DNA of 31,481 nt from an uncultured Deinococcales bacterium (GTDB lineage Bacteria; Deinococcota; Deinococci; Deinococcales; JAAFIG01): positions 1-31,481 of the forward strand of contig CAXTKV010000004.1 in NCBI GenBank assembly GCA_964244895.1. The letters are read 5' to 3'. Of this stretch, positions 9,712 to 19,309 are shown piece after piece; the stretch's first letter is position 1, and every line of letters starts with the position of its first letter. Position numbers and translations under genes: made by a program. The notes beneath the pieces are model-generated. The model made no database searches. It was not told the DNA's origin and saw only the letters and a program-made list of their open reading frames with translations.

Positions 9712-11097
9712 ATGTCGAGCAACACCCAACCCACGCACCTCGGCAAACCGAAACTCACCGTGGTAGACGCGATCGCTCAATCGCTGGCCATCGGGCCGGT
9801 GCTTTCAGCCGGATTGCTGGCCACGCTGGTGGCGGGCGCGGCGGGCAGCGCGGCTCCGCTGGCCACGATCCTGGGCGCGATCGGTTCGATCTGCGTCGGC
9901 TGGGTGATCGTGCTGTTCGCGCGGCAGTACACGGGCGCGGGCGCGATCTACGATTACGTGCGGCGTTCGGCTGGAGCCAGTTTGGGCTTGTTCACCGCCG
10001 GGATTTACTTCATCGGCGCGATGTTCCTGGGCGGCGCGGGCATTTTCTTGGCCATCGGGTTCTTCGCCAACCTGGCCTTCTCGAGTTACTTGGGCATCAA
10101 CCTGCCGTGGTGGGTCTGGTCGCTGGTGGCGATCGGGATCGTGTTCGCCGCCAACCACTTCGGCGTGCAGACCGCGACGCGCACGCAACTGGTGCTGACG
10201 GCGCTGGCGGTGCTGCCGGTGCTGATCATCGCGCTCTCGATCATCTTCTCGGGTGGGGCGCACGGCAACACCTTGGAGGTCTTCAATCCGGGCAACCCGA
10301 ACGCGGGTAGCCTCTTCAAGGGCGTGCTGTTCGCGGTGACGCTCTTCATCGGCTTTGAGGCCAGCGCGTCATTATCCGAAGAGACCGCCAACCCGAAGCG
10401 CACCATTCCCTTCGCGGTGATCGGCACGGTCGTGATCGCCGCCGTGTTCTACGTGATTGTGCTGTACGCGTCCGCCATCGGGTTCGGGGTGGACAAGGTC
10501 GGGGATTGGGTCAAGGATCCGTCTCCGCTGGGCACGCTGGGCGCGAAGTACGTCGGTGGTTGGATCGCGCCGTGGGTCGATGTCGCCATCATCATCGACA
10601 TGCTGGCAGTCGCCAGCGCCTTCACGGCGACCGCCGCGCGCGGCTGGTTCGCGCTGGCGCGTCACAAGCTCTTACCGGAAATCTTCGCTACGACCTCGAG
10701 CCACAACACGCCGTTGGGCGGCAACCTGTTCACGGCGGGACTGGCGGTGCTGTTGGTGGTGATTGCGCTCGCCTCCGGCATGGACGTGATGGCGGTCTTC
10801 GGCGCGAGCGCGCTGGCCGGGACGCTCCTGATTACGGTGATTTACATCGTGCTGGCCGTGTTGGCCTTCCGGTTGGTGCCGCAGAACGCGCCGTGGCAGT
10901 ACGCGGTGCTGCTGGGCGCGATTGTCACGCCCGTGCTGGCGATCTACGGTTCGATCGTGCCGTTCCCGCCGTACCCGGCCAGCCTCGGCGTCTGGGGTGC
11001 GGTCGTGGGCGTGATCGTGGCGGGCATCTGGACGATCACCTCGACGGCGCGCCTGCCCGCGATCACGGCGCTGGACGCGGCAGCCGAAGCGCAGTAA
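9712..11097 (+). CDS. APC-family amino acid/amine permease
   Basis: About 12 hydrophobic segments, GAGAIYDY, FIGFEASASLSEETANPKRTIP. RBS AGGAGGAGG. Confidence 0.92.
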   Translation: MSSNTQPTHLGKPKLTVVDAIAQSLAIGPVLSAGLLATLVAGAAGSAAPLATILGAIGSICVGWVIVLFARQYTGAGAIYDYVRRSAGASLGLFTAGIYFIGAMFLGGAGIFLAIGFFANLAFSSYLGINLPWWVWSLVAIGIVFAANHFGVQTATRTQLVLTALAVLPVLIIALSIIFSGGAHGNTLEVFNPGNPNAGSLFKGVLFAVTLFIGFEASASLSEETANPKRTIPFAVIGTVVIAAVFYVIVLYASAIGFGVDKVGDWVKDPSPLGTLGAKYVGGWIAPWVDVAIIIDMLAVASAFTATAARGWFALARHKLLPEIFATTSSHNTPLGGNLFTAGLAVLLVVIALASGMDVMAVFGASALAGTLLITVIYIVLAVLAFRLVPQNAPWQYAVLLGAIVTPVLAIYGSIVPFPPYPASLGVWGAVVGVIVAGIWTITSTARLPAITALDAAAEAQ

Positions 11098-11103
11098 GCA
11101 AGG

Positions 11104-11159
11104 GACACCGTCCTAGACAGCGTTTCTCGAGAATCAGAATTCGCGTGCTGGACGGTGTT
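11104..11159. repeat. Paired palindrome, 56-bp class
   Basis: GACACCGTCCTAGACAGCGTT-N14-ATTCGCGTGCTGGACGGTGTT. Confidence 0.88.
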
Positions 11160-11218
11160 CTTCAAAAGCTCGAGCCGACCTCGAAAACCCTCAAGCCCAA
11201 TATAAGGAAGGGGAATCC

Positions 11219-12499
11219 ATGCCCGATTACAAACGCATCAGAGCCCTGTTCCCCGACCACCACGGTCTGGCGCGCGGCAAGTACCTGCCGATCAGCCAGG
11301 CTGCGCGCGGAACGCGGCACTGCATCACGCTGTTCGCGCTGGCCTTCGACCGCACGATGGTTCCCGCCCCCGGATCCCGGTTGCTGGAGGGCTTGCCGGA
11401 TTGCGATCTCGAGTTTTCACTGGACGATGTCAGACCCGGCTGGGAAGAAGGAACGGGCGTGGTCGTCGGCGATCTGGGCTTTCGCGGTCAGCCGCTCTCG
11501 ATCTCGCCGCGCCACGCGCTCCGGCGGGCCATCGCGGACTGGGAGGCACTCGGCTACACCGCCAAGGTCGGCATCGAACTCGAGGCCTTCGTGATGCAGC
11601 CCGATGGCAAGGGCGGGTGGGCGGAGTGGGACACGCCGGGCGCGTACGTCTACGGCACGGGGCCAGCCGTCGATCCGAGCGGGTTGCTGGACGAGATCAT
11701 GGCGACCGCCGACCGGTGCGGATTGCCGATTGAGTCCATCAACTCCGAGTACGACACGCCTCAATTCGAGCTGACCCTGACTTACGGCGACGCGCTGGCG
11801 GCGGTGGACAACATTTTCTTGTTCAAACTGATGGCCCGAGAGATCGCCACGAAGCACGGTTTGCTCTTGACCTACATGGGCAAGCCCTTCGCGGATCGCG
11901 GCGGCAGCGGCTTTCACGTGAATTTCTCGCTCGAGAAAAACGGTCAGAACGCCATGCATGACCCGAACGCAAAAGACGGACTTTCAGCTCTGGCGCACGC
12001 CTGCATCGCCGGGATGATCGAACACTTCGAGGCCACGGCGGCCCTGTGCGCACCGACGGTCAACGCCTACAAGCGCCTTCGTCCAGCGCAACTCGCGGGC
12101 TACTGGGCCAACTGGGGTTACGACCATCGCGGCGCGAGCGTGCGGATTCCGTTCGAACGCGGCAAAGCGACCCGCCTGGAGCACCGCATGGCGGACGGCG
12201 CGGCCAACCCGTACCTGGCGACCGCCGCCGTGTTGCAGGCCGCGCGGTTGGGCTTCGAGGGCGAGCTGACGCCGCCCGCCCCCGAAGAGCAGGATTGCCT
12301 GGAGCACCAGAGCACCACGCGCCACGTGCCGGACAACCTGTCGCTGGCGCTGGACGCGCTCGAGGCGAACGCGGCCTTCGCTGAAGCCATCGGCGCCGAT
12401 CTGGTCGGGCAATTCGTGGCGGTCAAACGCGCCGAGTGGGACAAGTTCACCGCCGCCGTGACCGACTGGGAATTGAACTATTACATGCCGTTCCTGTGA
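11219..12499 (+). CDS. Glutamine synthetase-like gamma-glutamyl-amine ligase (PuuA/GlnA3-like)
   Basis: DHHGLARGK, GIELEAF, EYDTPQFE, YMGKP..GGSGFHVNFS, PTVNAYKR, WGYDHRGASVRIP, RLEHRMADGAANPY. Short (426 aa) and located in a catabolic cluster. Confidence 0.88.
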   Translation: MPDYKRIRALFPDHHGLARGKYLPISQAARGTRHCITLFALAFDRTMVPAPGSRLLEGLPDCDLEFSLDDVRPGWEEGTGVVVGDLGFRGQPLSISPRHALRRAIADWEALGYTAKVGIELEAFVMQPDGKGGWAEWDTPGAYVYGTGPAVDPSGLLDEIMATADRCGLPIESINSEYDTPQFELTLTYGDALAAVDNIFLFKLMAREIATKHGLLLTYMGKPFADRGGSGFHVNFSLEKNGQNAMHDPNAKDGLSALAHACIAGMIEHFEATAALCAPTVNAYKRLRPAQLAGYWANWGYDHRGASVRIPFERGKATRLEHRMADGAANPYLATAAVLQAARLGFEGELTPPAPEEQDCLEHQSTTRHVPDNLSLALDALEANAAFAEAIGADLVGQFVAVKRAEWDKFTAAVTDWELNYYMPFL

Positions 12500-12580
12500 C
12501 CAAGCCATCCGGAGGGGCGAACCCGGTGTTCGCCCTCTCATGGCAACGATCTTCATCCATCAAGACGCGAGCATTTTAAG

Positions 12581-12626
12581 AACACCGTCCAGCACACATA
12601 TTTGAATTCGTGTCCCGGACGGTGTT
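12581..12626. repeat. Paired palindrome, 46-bp class
   Basis: AACACCGTCCAGCACAC-N12-GTGTCCCGGACGGTGTT. Confidence 0.9.
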
Positions 12627-12657
12627 CTCGAGAGACCAACTTTTTGCAGGAGACCTC

Positions 12658-13911
12658 ATGACCCGAACACTTTTCACGGACGAACACGCGAACATCACCG
12701 ACCCGGACGCGTACGTCTCGGGCGTGCCGCACGCGACCTTCAAACGCTTGCGCGATCACGATCCGGTGTCCTGGTGGGATGAACCGAACGGGCGCGGTTT
12801 CTGGGCGGTCACGCGCTATCACGACATCCTGGAAGTCTCGCGCAGGCCGCACATCTTTTCATCCGCCAAGGGCATCCGATTGGAAGACATGCAGCCCGAC
12901 GAGCTCGAGGCGCGCAAGACCATGATGGAGCTCGATCCGCCGGAGCACACGAGTTACCGGCGCATGGTGCAGGCTCCGTTCTCGAACCGCGAGGTGGCGT
13001 CCTACGAGGAAGGCCTGCGCTTGATGGCTCGAGCCGTGATCGCTGAAGTGCGGGGAATGGAGCGCTTCGATTTCGTGGAACTGCTGGCGCGTCAGGTTCC
13101 CATGCGGATGCTGGGCAAATTGCTGGGCGTGCCCGACGAGGACGGCCCGTGGCTGGTGCGGCGCGGCGACGCGTTGATCGGCAACGCCGACCCTGAATTC
13201 ACGGAACACGTGGTGGACAAGACGAACACCGACGCGTACCGTTTGCTGCCGTTCAGGAATCCCGTCAGCCTGGAACTTTTTTCTTACGCCGAAGAACAGG
13301 CCAGGCTGCGCCGAGACGCGCCGCGCGACGACGTGATCTCGAGGTTGCTGCAGCCCAAACGCGACGCGGAACCGCTCTCCGAACTGGAATTCAAGAACTT
13401 CTTTACGCTCTTGGTCGCGGCGGGCAACGACACCACGCGCTACACGATGGCGGCGGGCATGGACGCGCTCTTGGAGCACCCCGAGCAACTCGAGTTGCTG
13501 CGCGAGAAGCCCGAACTTTTGCCCAGCGCCACCGAGGAAATCCTGCGCTGGGGCACGGTCACGATGAACTTCCGGCGCACCGTCACCGAGGACGTGATGC
13601 TGAACGAACGGCAACTGCGCGCCGGGGACAAGCTGCTGCTGTATTACATCTCCGGCGATTTTGACGAGCGCGCTTTTACCGATCCGTTCGCGTTCGACAT
13701 CACCCGCACGCCGAACGACCACCTGGCCTTCGGACTGAAAAGTCCGCACAAGTGCCTGGGCGAACACCTGGCGCGCCTGGAAATTCACGTCTTGTTCGAG
13801 GAGCTGCTGCCGAAACTTTCCAGCATCGAACTGGATGGCGCACCCGAACGCCTGAGATCGGATTTCATCTCCGGCATCAAGCACCTGCCCGTGAAGGTGA
13901 GCTGGGCGTGA
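12658..13911 (+). CDS. Cytochrome P450
   Basis: I-helix AAGNDTT, EEILRW (ExxR), heme motif FGLKSPHKCLG, DPPEHT. RBS AGGAG precedes ATG 12658. Confidence 0.95.
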   Translation: MTRTLFTDEHANITDPDAYVSGVPHATFKRLRDHDPVSWWDEPNGRGFWAVTRYHDILEVSRRPHIFSSAKGIRLEDMQPDELEARKTMMELDPPEHTSYRRMVQAPFSNREVASYEEGLRLMARAVIAEVRGMERFDFVELLARQVPMRMLGKLLGVPDEDGPWLVRRGDALIGNADPEFTEHVVDKTNTDAYRLLPFRNPVSLELFSYAEEQARLRRDAPRDDVISRLLQPKRDAEPLSELEFKNFFTLLVAAGNDTTRYTMAAGMDALLEHPEQLELLREKPELLPSATEEILRWGTVTMNFRRTVTEDVMLNERQLRAGDKLLLYYISGDFDERAFTDPFAFDITRTPNDHLAFGLKSPHKCLGEHLARLEIHVLFEELLPKLSSIELDGAPERLRSDFISGIKHLPVKVSWA

Positions 13912-15023
13912 TGCGATCCGACGGAATCGCTCGGGTCGCGGCGGTCGTGGATCGGCACATCCGCCAGGGCGGTTTCGCGGGTGCGGCGGTGATCGGCGCG
14001 CGCCACGGGAAGACCGTGCTCGAGCACTACGCGGGCGATGCCGCACCGGGTTTGCCCGCAGATGATCGCGTGCTGTGGCCGATCGCGTCGATCTCGAAGA
14101 TGTACGCGGTCAGCGCCATCATGCGGCTGGTCGAGATGGGCGAGTTGACGCTCAACACGCTGGTTGTAGATGTGATCCCTGAATTTTCGGGCGGCGGGCG
14201 CGAGGAGATCCGATTGCGCCACCTGCTGACGCACACGTCCGGCTTGATCTACGAATCGGAGGAAATGGAAGCGCGATTGATCGCGCAGACGCCGATTGAG
14301 GAATTGATCACTGAAGCCTACAGCGCGCCGCTCAAATTCAAACCCGGAACATCGCTGGTCTACGCGGACTACAACACGCTGATCGCCGGACACGTGGCCG
14401 CGAGGGTCGCGGGCAGACCGCTCGAGGCGCTGGTGCGCGAACTGATCCTTGAGCCGATGGGTTTGAAGGACACGTTCTTTCCCACGCCCGCCGACCAGGA
14501 TTTCAGGGTCGCCACGGTTCGCGCCGTGATGGCGGAGGGCACGCCGGGCGCGATGTACAACTCGCGTTACGCCCGAGGGCTGCCGCACCCCGCCTTCGCC
14601 GTGACCGCCACGGCCAGGGACGTGTTGCGCTTCATGTCCCACTTCGCGCCGAACGGCCCGCGCGTTCACGCGGAGGCCACCGTGCGCGCCATGACGACCG
14701 ATCAGACGGGCGTGGTCACGGGCATTCACCCGAGCATGAAAGGTTACGACACGACCGCGCCGATGCCCTGGGGCCTCGGCTGGGCCTTGCAGACGCGCTG
14801 GACGCCCGCATTATTTTGCGAACTCTCGAGCTTCAGAACCTTCGGTCACGGCGGCGCGAGCGGCTGCGAGATTTTTGTCGATCCCGAAAACGGCATCGCG
14901 CTGGCGGTGCTGACCAACACGCACCTGCGCGTCGGGCGGGAAGGCTGGTATCGGCGCTTGCAATCCGTGTTGAACGTCGCCTTCGCCGAACTTTCCGGGA
15001 TGCCGGACAGAGGTTCTCCGTGA
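13911..15023 (+). CDS. Serine hydrolase, beta-lactamase/family VIII esterase fold (amidase or esterase)
   Basis: SxxK (ASISK), LRHLLTHTSGL, Y-A-D in place of Y-x-N, FGHGG. No signal peptide. TGATG coupling with the P450. Confidence 0.88.
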   Translation: MRSDGIARVAAVVDRHIRQGGFAGAAVIGARHGKTVLEHYAGDAAPGLPADDRVLWPIASISKMYAVSAIMRLVEMGELTLNTLVVDVIPEFSGGGREEIRLRHLLTHTSGLIYESEEMEARLIAQTPIEELITEAYSAPLKFKPGTSLVYADYNTLIAGHVAARVAGRPLEALVRELILEPMGLKDTFFPTPADQDFRVATVRAVMAEGTPGAMYNSRYARGLPHPAFAVTATARDVLRFMSHFAPNGPRVHAEATVRAMTTDQTGVVTGIHPSMKGYDTTAPMPWGLGWALQTRWTPALFCELSSFRTFGHGGASGCEIFVDPENGIALAVLTNTHLRVGREGWYRRLQSVLNVAFAELSGMPDRGSP

Positions 15024-16444
15024 GCGGCACGGCGCGCGAGAATCTGCCGCTGGATGTCTCTCGCCAGGAGCTGCTGGAACACGCCGGGCGAGCGATTCTC
15101 GAGGCCTGGGCGAGCTTCGATCGCGCCAGAGCCACCGAGACGCCGATCGCGGATTCGATCAAGGCGCTGTCCCGATTGCCGTTGCAGGACGCGCCCGTTC
15201 CCGCCCTGCAAGCCATCGACGAGGCCGCGCGCGCCCTGGACGCCAGCCTCGCGCAGAGCCGCCCGAGGTTCTTCGCCTTCGTCGGCTCGAGCGGTCTCGA
15301 GGTCGGCGTGCTGGGCGATGCGCTGGCGGCCTGTTTCGATGTCAACCTGGCGGTCAGCGGTCGCGCCGCAGACCTGATCGAGCAGCAATCGCTGGCCTGG
15401 GTGGCGGAACTGATCGGTTACCCGGCAGCTTCGGGAACCTGCACCAGCGGCGGCATGGTCTCCAACCTGACGGCGCTGGCCGCCGCCCGAGAGCGCGCCC
15501 TGCCCGACGTGCGCCACATCGGGCTGGCGGGCCGTCCTGCGGCCTTGTACTGCTCGAGCGAGGCGCATTACTCGGTGCGTCGCGCGGCGGAATTGCTGGG
15601 CATCGGGGCGAACTTCGTGCGCGCCCTGCCGATGGACGAGCATCGGCGCGTGATCCCCGAAGCGGTCGCCGCCGCGATCGACGCCGACGCTCGAGCGGGC
15701 ATCGCGCCCGTGGCGGTGATCGCGACCGCCGGAACGACCCTGACAGGCGCAGTCGATCCGCTCGAGCCACTGGCCGAGGTCTGCGCGTCCAGAGGCATCT
15801 GGTTGCACGTCGACGGCGCCTACGGCCTGCCCGCCTCCTGCGCCGCATCCACCAGAGCGCTCTTTCGCGGCCTCGAGCGCGCGGATTCGGTCTCCATCGA
15901 CGCGCACAAGTGGCTGTACCTGCCCAAAGCCTGCGGCGTGGTGCTGGTCAAGAACCGCGAGTCCCTGGTCAAGACCTTCAGCCACGTTGAAAACTACATG
16001 GTTCACGACGAGATCGAGAATCCCCTCAACCCGGTGGACATGACGCTGGAATACTCCAGGCCGTTCCGGGCGCTGAAGCTCTGGCTGGCGTTTCGCGTTC
16101 ACGGCGCGGATCAATTCCGGCAGGCCATCGAATCGAATCTGGCGCAGGCGAGGCTGTGCGCCAACCTGGTGCGGGCGCACCCGAATTTGGAGCTTCTGGT
16201 CGAGCCGCAACTCTCCACCGTGCCGTTCCGCCACGTTCCCGACGCCCTGCGCGGCGACGAAGCTGCGATGAATCACCACAACCTTGAACTCGTTAAACGC
16301 TTGCAAGCCGACGGGCGCGTGTTCGTTTCCAGCGCACTGGTGGATGGTCGGGCGTGCTTGCGCCCGTGCTTCGTCAATTTCCGCACCTGTCAGGACGACG
16401 TGCGCACGCTGATCGAGGTCGCGCTCGAGCTGGGGAACGCGTGA
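15020..16444 (+). CDS. Group II PLP-dependent decarboxylase (aromatic amino acid/DABA decarboxylase family)
   Basis: TSGGMVSN, AHYSV, TAGTTLTGAVDP, HVDGAYG, DAHKW (PLP lysine), SRPFRALKLW. GTGA coupling. Confidence 0.92.
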   Translation: MSGTARENLPLDVSRQELLEHAGRAILEAWASFDRARATETPIADSIKALSRLPLQDAPVPALQAIDEAARALDASLAQSRPRFFAFVGSSGLEVGVLGDALAACFDVNLAVSGRAADLIEQQSLAWVAELIGYPAASGTCTSGGMVSNLTALAAARERALPDVRHIGLAGRPAALYCSSEAHYSVRRAAELLGIGANFVRALPMDEHRRVIPEAVAAAIDADARAGIAPVAVIATAGTTLTGAVDPLEPLAEVCASRGIWLHVDGAYGLPASCAASTRALFRGLERADSVSIDAHKWLYLPKACGVVLVKNRESLVKTFSHVENYMVHDEIENPLNPVDMTLEYSRPFRALKLWLAFRVHGADQFRQAIESNLAQARLCANLVRAHPNLELLVEPQLSTVPFRHVPDALRGDEAAMNHHNLELVKRLQADGRVFVSSALVDGRACLRPCFVNFRTCQDDVRTLIEVALELGNA

Positions 16445-16494
16445 ACGGGCTGTCGTCTCGACCAGAGCTCGGCCTCAAGTTCGAGATCTCGAGG

Positions 16495-16550
16495 GACACC
16501 GTCTGGGACGCACTCTTTTCACCTCGAGAAAAGCCGTGCTGGACGGTGTT
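16495..16550. repeat. Paired palindrome, 56-bp class
   Basis: GACACCGTCTGGGACGCACTC-N14-AAAGCCGTGCTGGACGGTGTT. Confidence 0.88.
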
Positions 16551-16651
16551 CCTGGCGAATCAGGCGCGTCGTTGCGCACTTTAGGACGCGCGTTGAGGTC
16601 AGCGCAGACGCGATCAACCAACCCCTCAAGAACCCTCGCCCGAGGTGAACC

Positions 16652-17479
16652 ATGACAGACCGCAAACCGCCCATCGGTTACACCTTCCCGCTCTCGCCGG
16701 ACGGACGCGCCAGCCTGGTGCCGCCGCCGCCGTGGCATTACTCCGGCGATTTTTTGATCGTCGAGTACCGCACCGATCCGGACGCGGTGATCGCGCTGTT
16801 GCCGCCGGAACTCGAGCCTGCGGACGATCCGGGCGCGGTCGCCGCTATTTTCGCGGACTGGCAATCGTGCTCGAATGACCTGCACGAACTGACCGACCCG
16901 ATCCAATCGCAGTACAAGGAATTTTTTCTGGTGGTCGGTGCAAAGTACCGGGGCGAGCCCGTCAGCCGCTGCGTTTACATCTGGGTGGACAAGGATTTTG
17001 CGATGTTCCGGGGCTACATTCAGGGCTTCCCGAAAAAGTTGGGCAGCATCCACATCACGCGCGCCATGGCGGTCGGCAAGGCCACGCCGCGCATTGAGGC
17101 GGGCGGGCGCTTCGGGGCAACGTGCACGGCGGGTTCCCGCGAGATCGCTCGGGCCACCGTGACCTTGCGAGAACTGTCCAAAACAGGCCCGACGGTGAAT
17201 GACCCTCCGATGTACAACTCGAGGCATTTCCCGGCCTACGACGGCCTGCGCCCGGACGTGTTCGAGCTGGTCAAGTCGGGCGGTTTCGACCGCGACGCGA
17301 CCCCGATCTGGGAGGGCGACGCGACCCTGGAACTGGGAACGAACGCGATCGAGGATTTGCAGGCCATCAAACCGCACAGCATCATCAAGGGCTACCGGTT
17401 CAGCTTCGGTTACTCCGTCCACGGCGGCCAGGTCATCGCGCAACACGATCAGGAAGCCGCCCAGGAGGTCAGACGATGA
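16652..17479 (+). CDS. Acetoacetate decarboxylase-like superfamily protein (MppR/Sbi00515-type)
   Basis: GYTFPLSPDG...PPPWHYSG, FADWQ, SQYKEF, RGYIQGFPKKLG (Schiff-base Lys). Resembles Sbi00515 as I recall its sequence. Confidence 0.85.
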   Translation: MTDRKPPIGYTFPLSPDGRASLVPPPPWHYSGDFLIVEYRTDPDAVIALLPPELEPADDPGAVAAIFADWQSCSNDLHELTDPIQSQYKEFFLVVGAKYRGEPVSRCVYIWVDKDFAMFRGYIQGFPKKLGSIHITRAMAVGKATPRIEAGGRFGATCTAGSREIARATVTLRELSKTGPTVNDPPMYNSRHFPAYDGLRPDVFELVKSGGFDRDATPIWEGDATLELGTNAIEDLQAIKPHSIIKGYRFSFGYSVHGGQVIAQHDQEAAQEVRR

Positions 17480-18354
17480 AACACGTCCGCGTCGAATACG
17501 GTGGTCAGGCCGTGGCGGGAACCCTGGATGGGAACACGGACAGCGGCACGATCGCGCTCGAGAACGGCCTCAGGCTCGAGGCGGCGACCGCGTCTTTCCT
17601 CGCGCCCCTCGTGCCGCACCAGATTTTTGCGACGCACCTGACGTACCGTTCGCGCTGCGTCGAGTACGAAATGAAGAAGCTGCCCGAAGCGCCCGCCTGG
17701 TTCGTCAAGCCGCTCAATTCGCTCTCGAGTCACAAGGCCAGCGTGGCGCGCCCCAGGGGTTGCCAGTACCTCAATTACGAGGGCGAGATCGCCGTGGTGA
17801 TCGGCCAGCGCTGCAAGGGCGCGACCCTGGAGAACGCGCTTTCCTTCGTGCGCGGCTACACCATCGTCAACGATTTCGGGGTTCACGATTTCCGCCACGC
17901 GGATCGCGGCGCGATGGTGCGCGTCAAGGGTCAGGACGGCTTCTGCCCGATGGGGCCGGTGATGGTGGACGCAGGAGACGTGAACCCCGCGAACCTGCGG
18001 CTCAGAACCTTCGTCAATGGCGAGGTCGTGCAGGAGACGAACACGGGGAATGATTTGATGTTCAGTATTGCCTACCAGATCGCTGACCTCTCCAGGTTGC
18101 TGACGCTCGAGGCCGGGGACGTGCTGCTGACCGGCACGCCCGCACATTCCAGGCCCGTCCAGATCGGCGATCTCGTGGCGGTCGAGGTGGACGGCATCGG
18201 GCGGTTGGAAAACACGATCACCGAACTCGAGCGCGACCTCGAGCCCGTGGGTATTCAACCGGAAGTCACGGCGGCGACCCTGCACGTGGCGCTGGCCATC
18301 CCGGAGGACGAGGCCGAACGGCGCGTCGCGGTCATCAAGGAGGGCAGGAGATGA
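17476..18354 (+). CDS. Fumarylacetoacetate hydrolase-family protein (HpaG-like decarboxylase/isomerase)
   Basis: WFVKP, NYEGEIAVVIG, YTIVND, VKGQDGFCPMGP, GDVLLTGTP. ATGA coupling. Confidence 0.92.
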   Translation: MKHVRVEYGGQAVAGTLDGNTDSGTIALENGLRLEAATASFLAPLVPHQIFATHLTYRSRCVEYEMKKLPEAPAWFVKPLNSLSSHKASVARPRGCQYLNYEGEIAVVIGQRCKGATLENALSFVRGYTIVNDFGVHDFRHADRGAMVRVKGQDGFCPMGPVMVDAGDVNPANLRLRTFVNGEVVQETNTGNDLMFSIAYQIADLSRLLTLEAGDVLLTGTPAHSRPVQIGDLVAVEVDGIGRLENTITELERDLEPVGIQPEVTAATLHVALAIPEDEAERRVAVIKEGRR

Positions 18355-19292
18355 CACAACGTTTGATCTTCGGCATTCACCACGCGGCCTTGCGCGTCCG
18401 GGATCTGGACGAGGCCTTCGAGCGCTGGTCGCGCGTGCTGGGCTTGCACGGCGAGCAGCACGCCGATCACGCGATTCTGCGCTGCACCCACGAGGATTTC
18501 GCGCTCTTGCTGCTGCCATCGGGCGATAAACCCGGCATCGAGCACACGGCCTACGAGCTCTCGCCGGGATTGAGCCTGCAGGGTGCGCGCAGCATCCTCG
18601 AGTCTCGAGGCTTGACGCCGCAGGGCATCAGCGTGCCGCACCGGGGCGAGGGCTTGCGCGTGACCGATCCCGACGGCAATCACGTTGTCCTGATCGAACG
18701 CCAGCGCCCGACGGACGCCCGACCCGCCGAAGTCAAGTATTCGGAGCGCATTCCTGGCCTTCACCCGCGCAAATTCGGGCACGTCAACTTCCTGACCGAA
18801 AACGCGGAACGGTTCGTGGACTGGTACGTGGAAAAATTGGGCTTCCAGATCACCGATCGGATCGGCACGGAAGGCTGCTGGTTGCACGTCAACGCGGATC
18901 ACCACGTGCTGGCCGTGCTCGAAAAAGGTTACAACCACATTCACCACGTGGCTTTCGACCTGGTGGACTGGGGCGAGTTGCGCGTCATGCTGGATCACCT
19001 GGCGCAGAACAGACGCCCGATCGTCTGGGGGCCGGGACGCCACGGCATGGCCCGGAATTTCTTCAGTTACTTCCGCATGCCGGAAGAGGATTTGTTCGTG
19101 GAGTTGCTCTGTGATCTCGAGCAACTTCAGGAGGATCACCAGCCGCGCCAGTTCCCGGACGATCCGCATTCATCGAACACCTGGGGAATCCTGCCGCCGC
19201 GATCGTATTTTCGGTTCGACAAGGAAGCCCTGGAATCCGAGGCCGAGCAGCGCGAAGCCTACGCCGCCGACCGCATCCCGACCGCGTTGTAA
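18351..19292 (+). CDS. VOC-family extradiol (catechol 2,3-type) dioxygenase
   Basis: Two-domain VOC protein with metal ligands in FGHVNF, IHHVAF and FVEL, plus DHHVLA and WGPGRHG. ATGA coupling. Confidence 0.88.
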   Translation: MTQRLIFGIHHAALRVRDLDEAFERWSRVLGLHGEQHADHAILRCTHEDFALLLLPSGDKPGIEHTAYELSPGLSLQGARSILESRGLTPQGISVPHRGEGLRVTDPDGNHVVLIERQRPTDARPAEVKYSERIPGLHPRKFGHVNFLTENAERFVDWYVEKLGFQITDRIGTEGCWLHVNADHHVLAVLEKGYNHIHHVAFDLVDWGELRVMLDHLAQNRRPIVWGPGRHGMARNFFSYFRMPEEDLFVELLCDLEQLQEDHQPRQFPDDPHSSNTWGILPPRSYFRFDKEALESEAEQREAYAADRIPTAL

Positions 19293-19309
19293 TCGCACCC
19301 AGAGCCAAA

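Noticed and set aside
11219..12499. Housekeeping glutamine synthetase glnA
   Set aside because: Divergent, shortened N-terminal domain and catabolic context fit the GS-like gamma-glutamyl ligases better.
13911..15023. Antibiotic-resistance beta-lactamase
   Set aside because: No signal peptide, Y-A-D and HGG instead of class C Y-x-N and KTG, and embedded in a catabolic operon.
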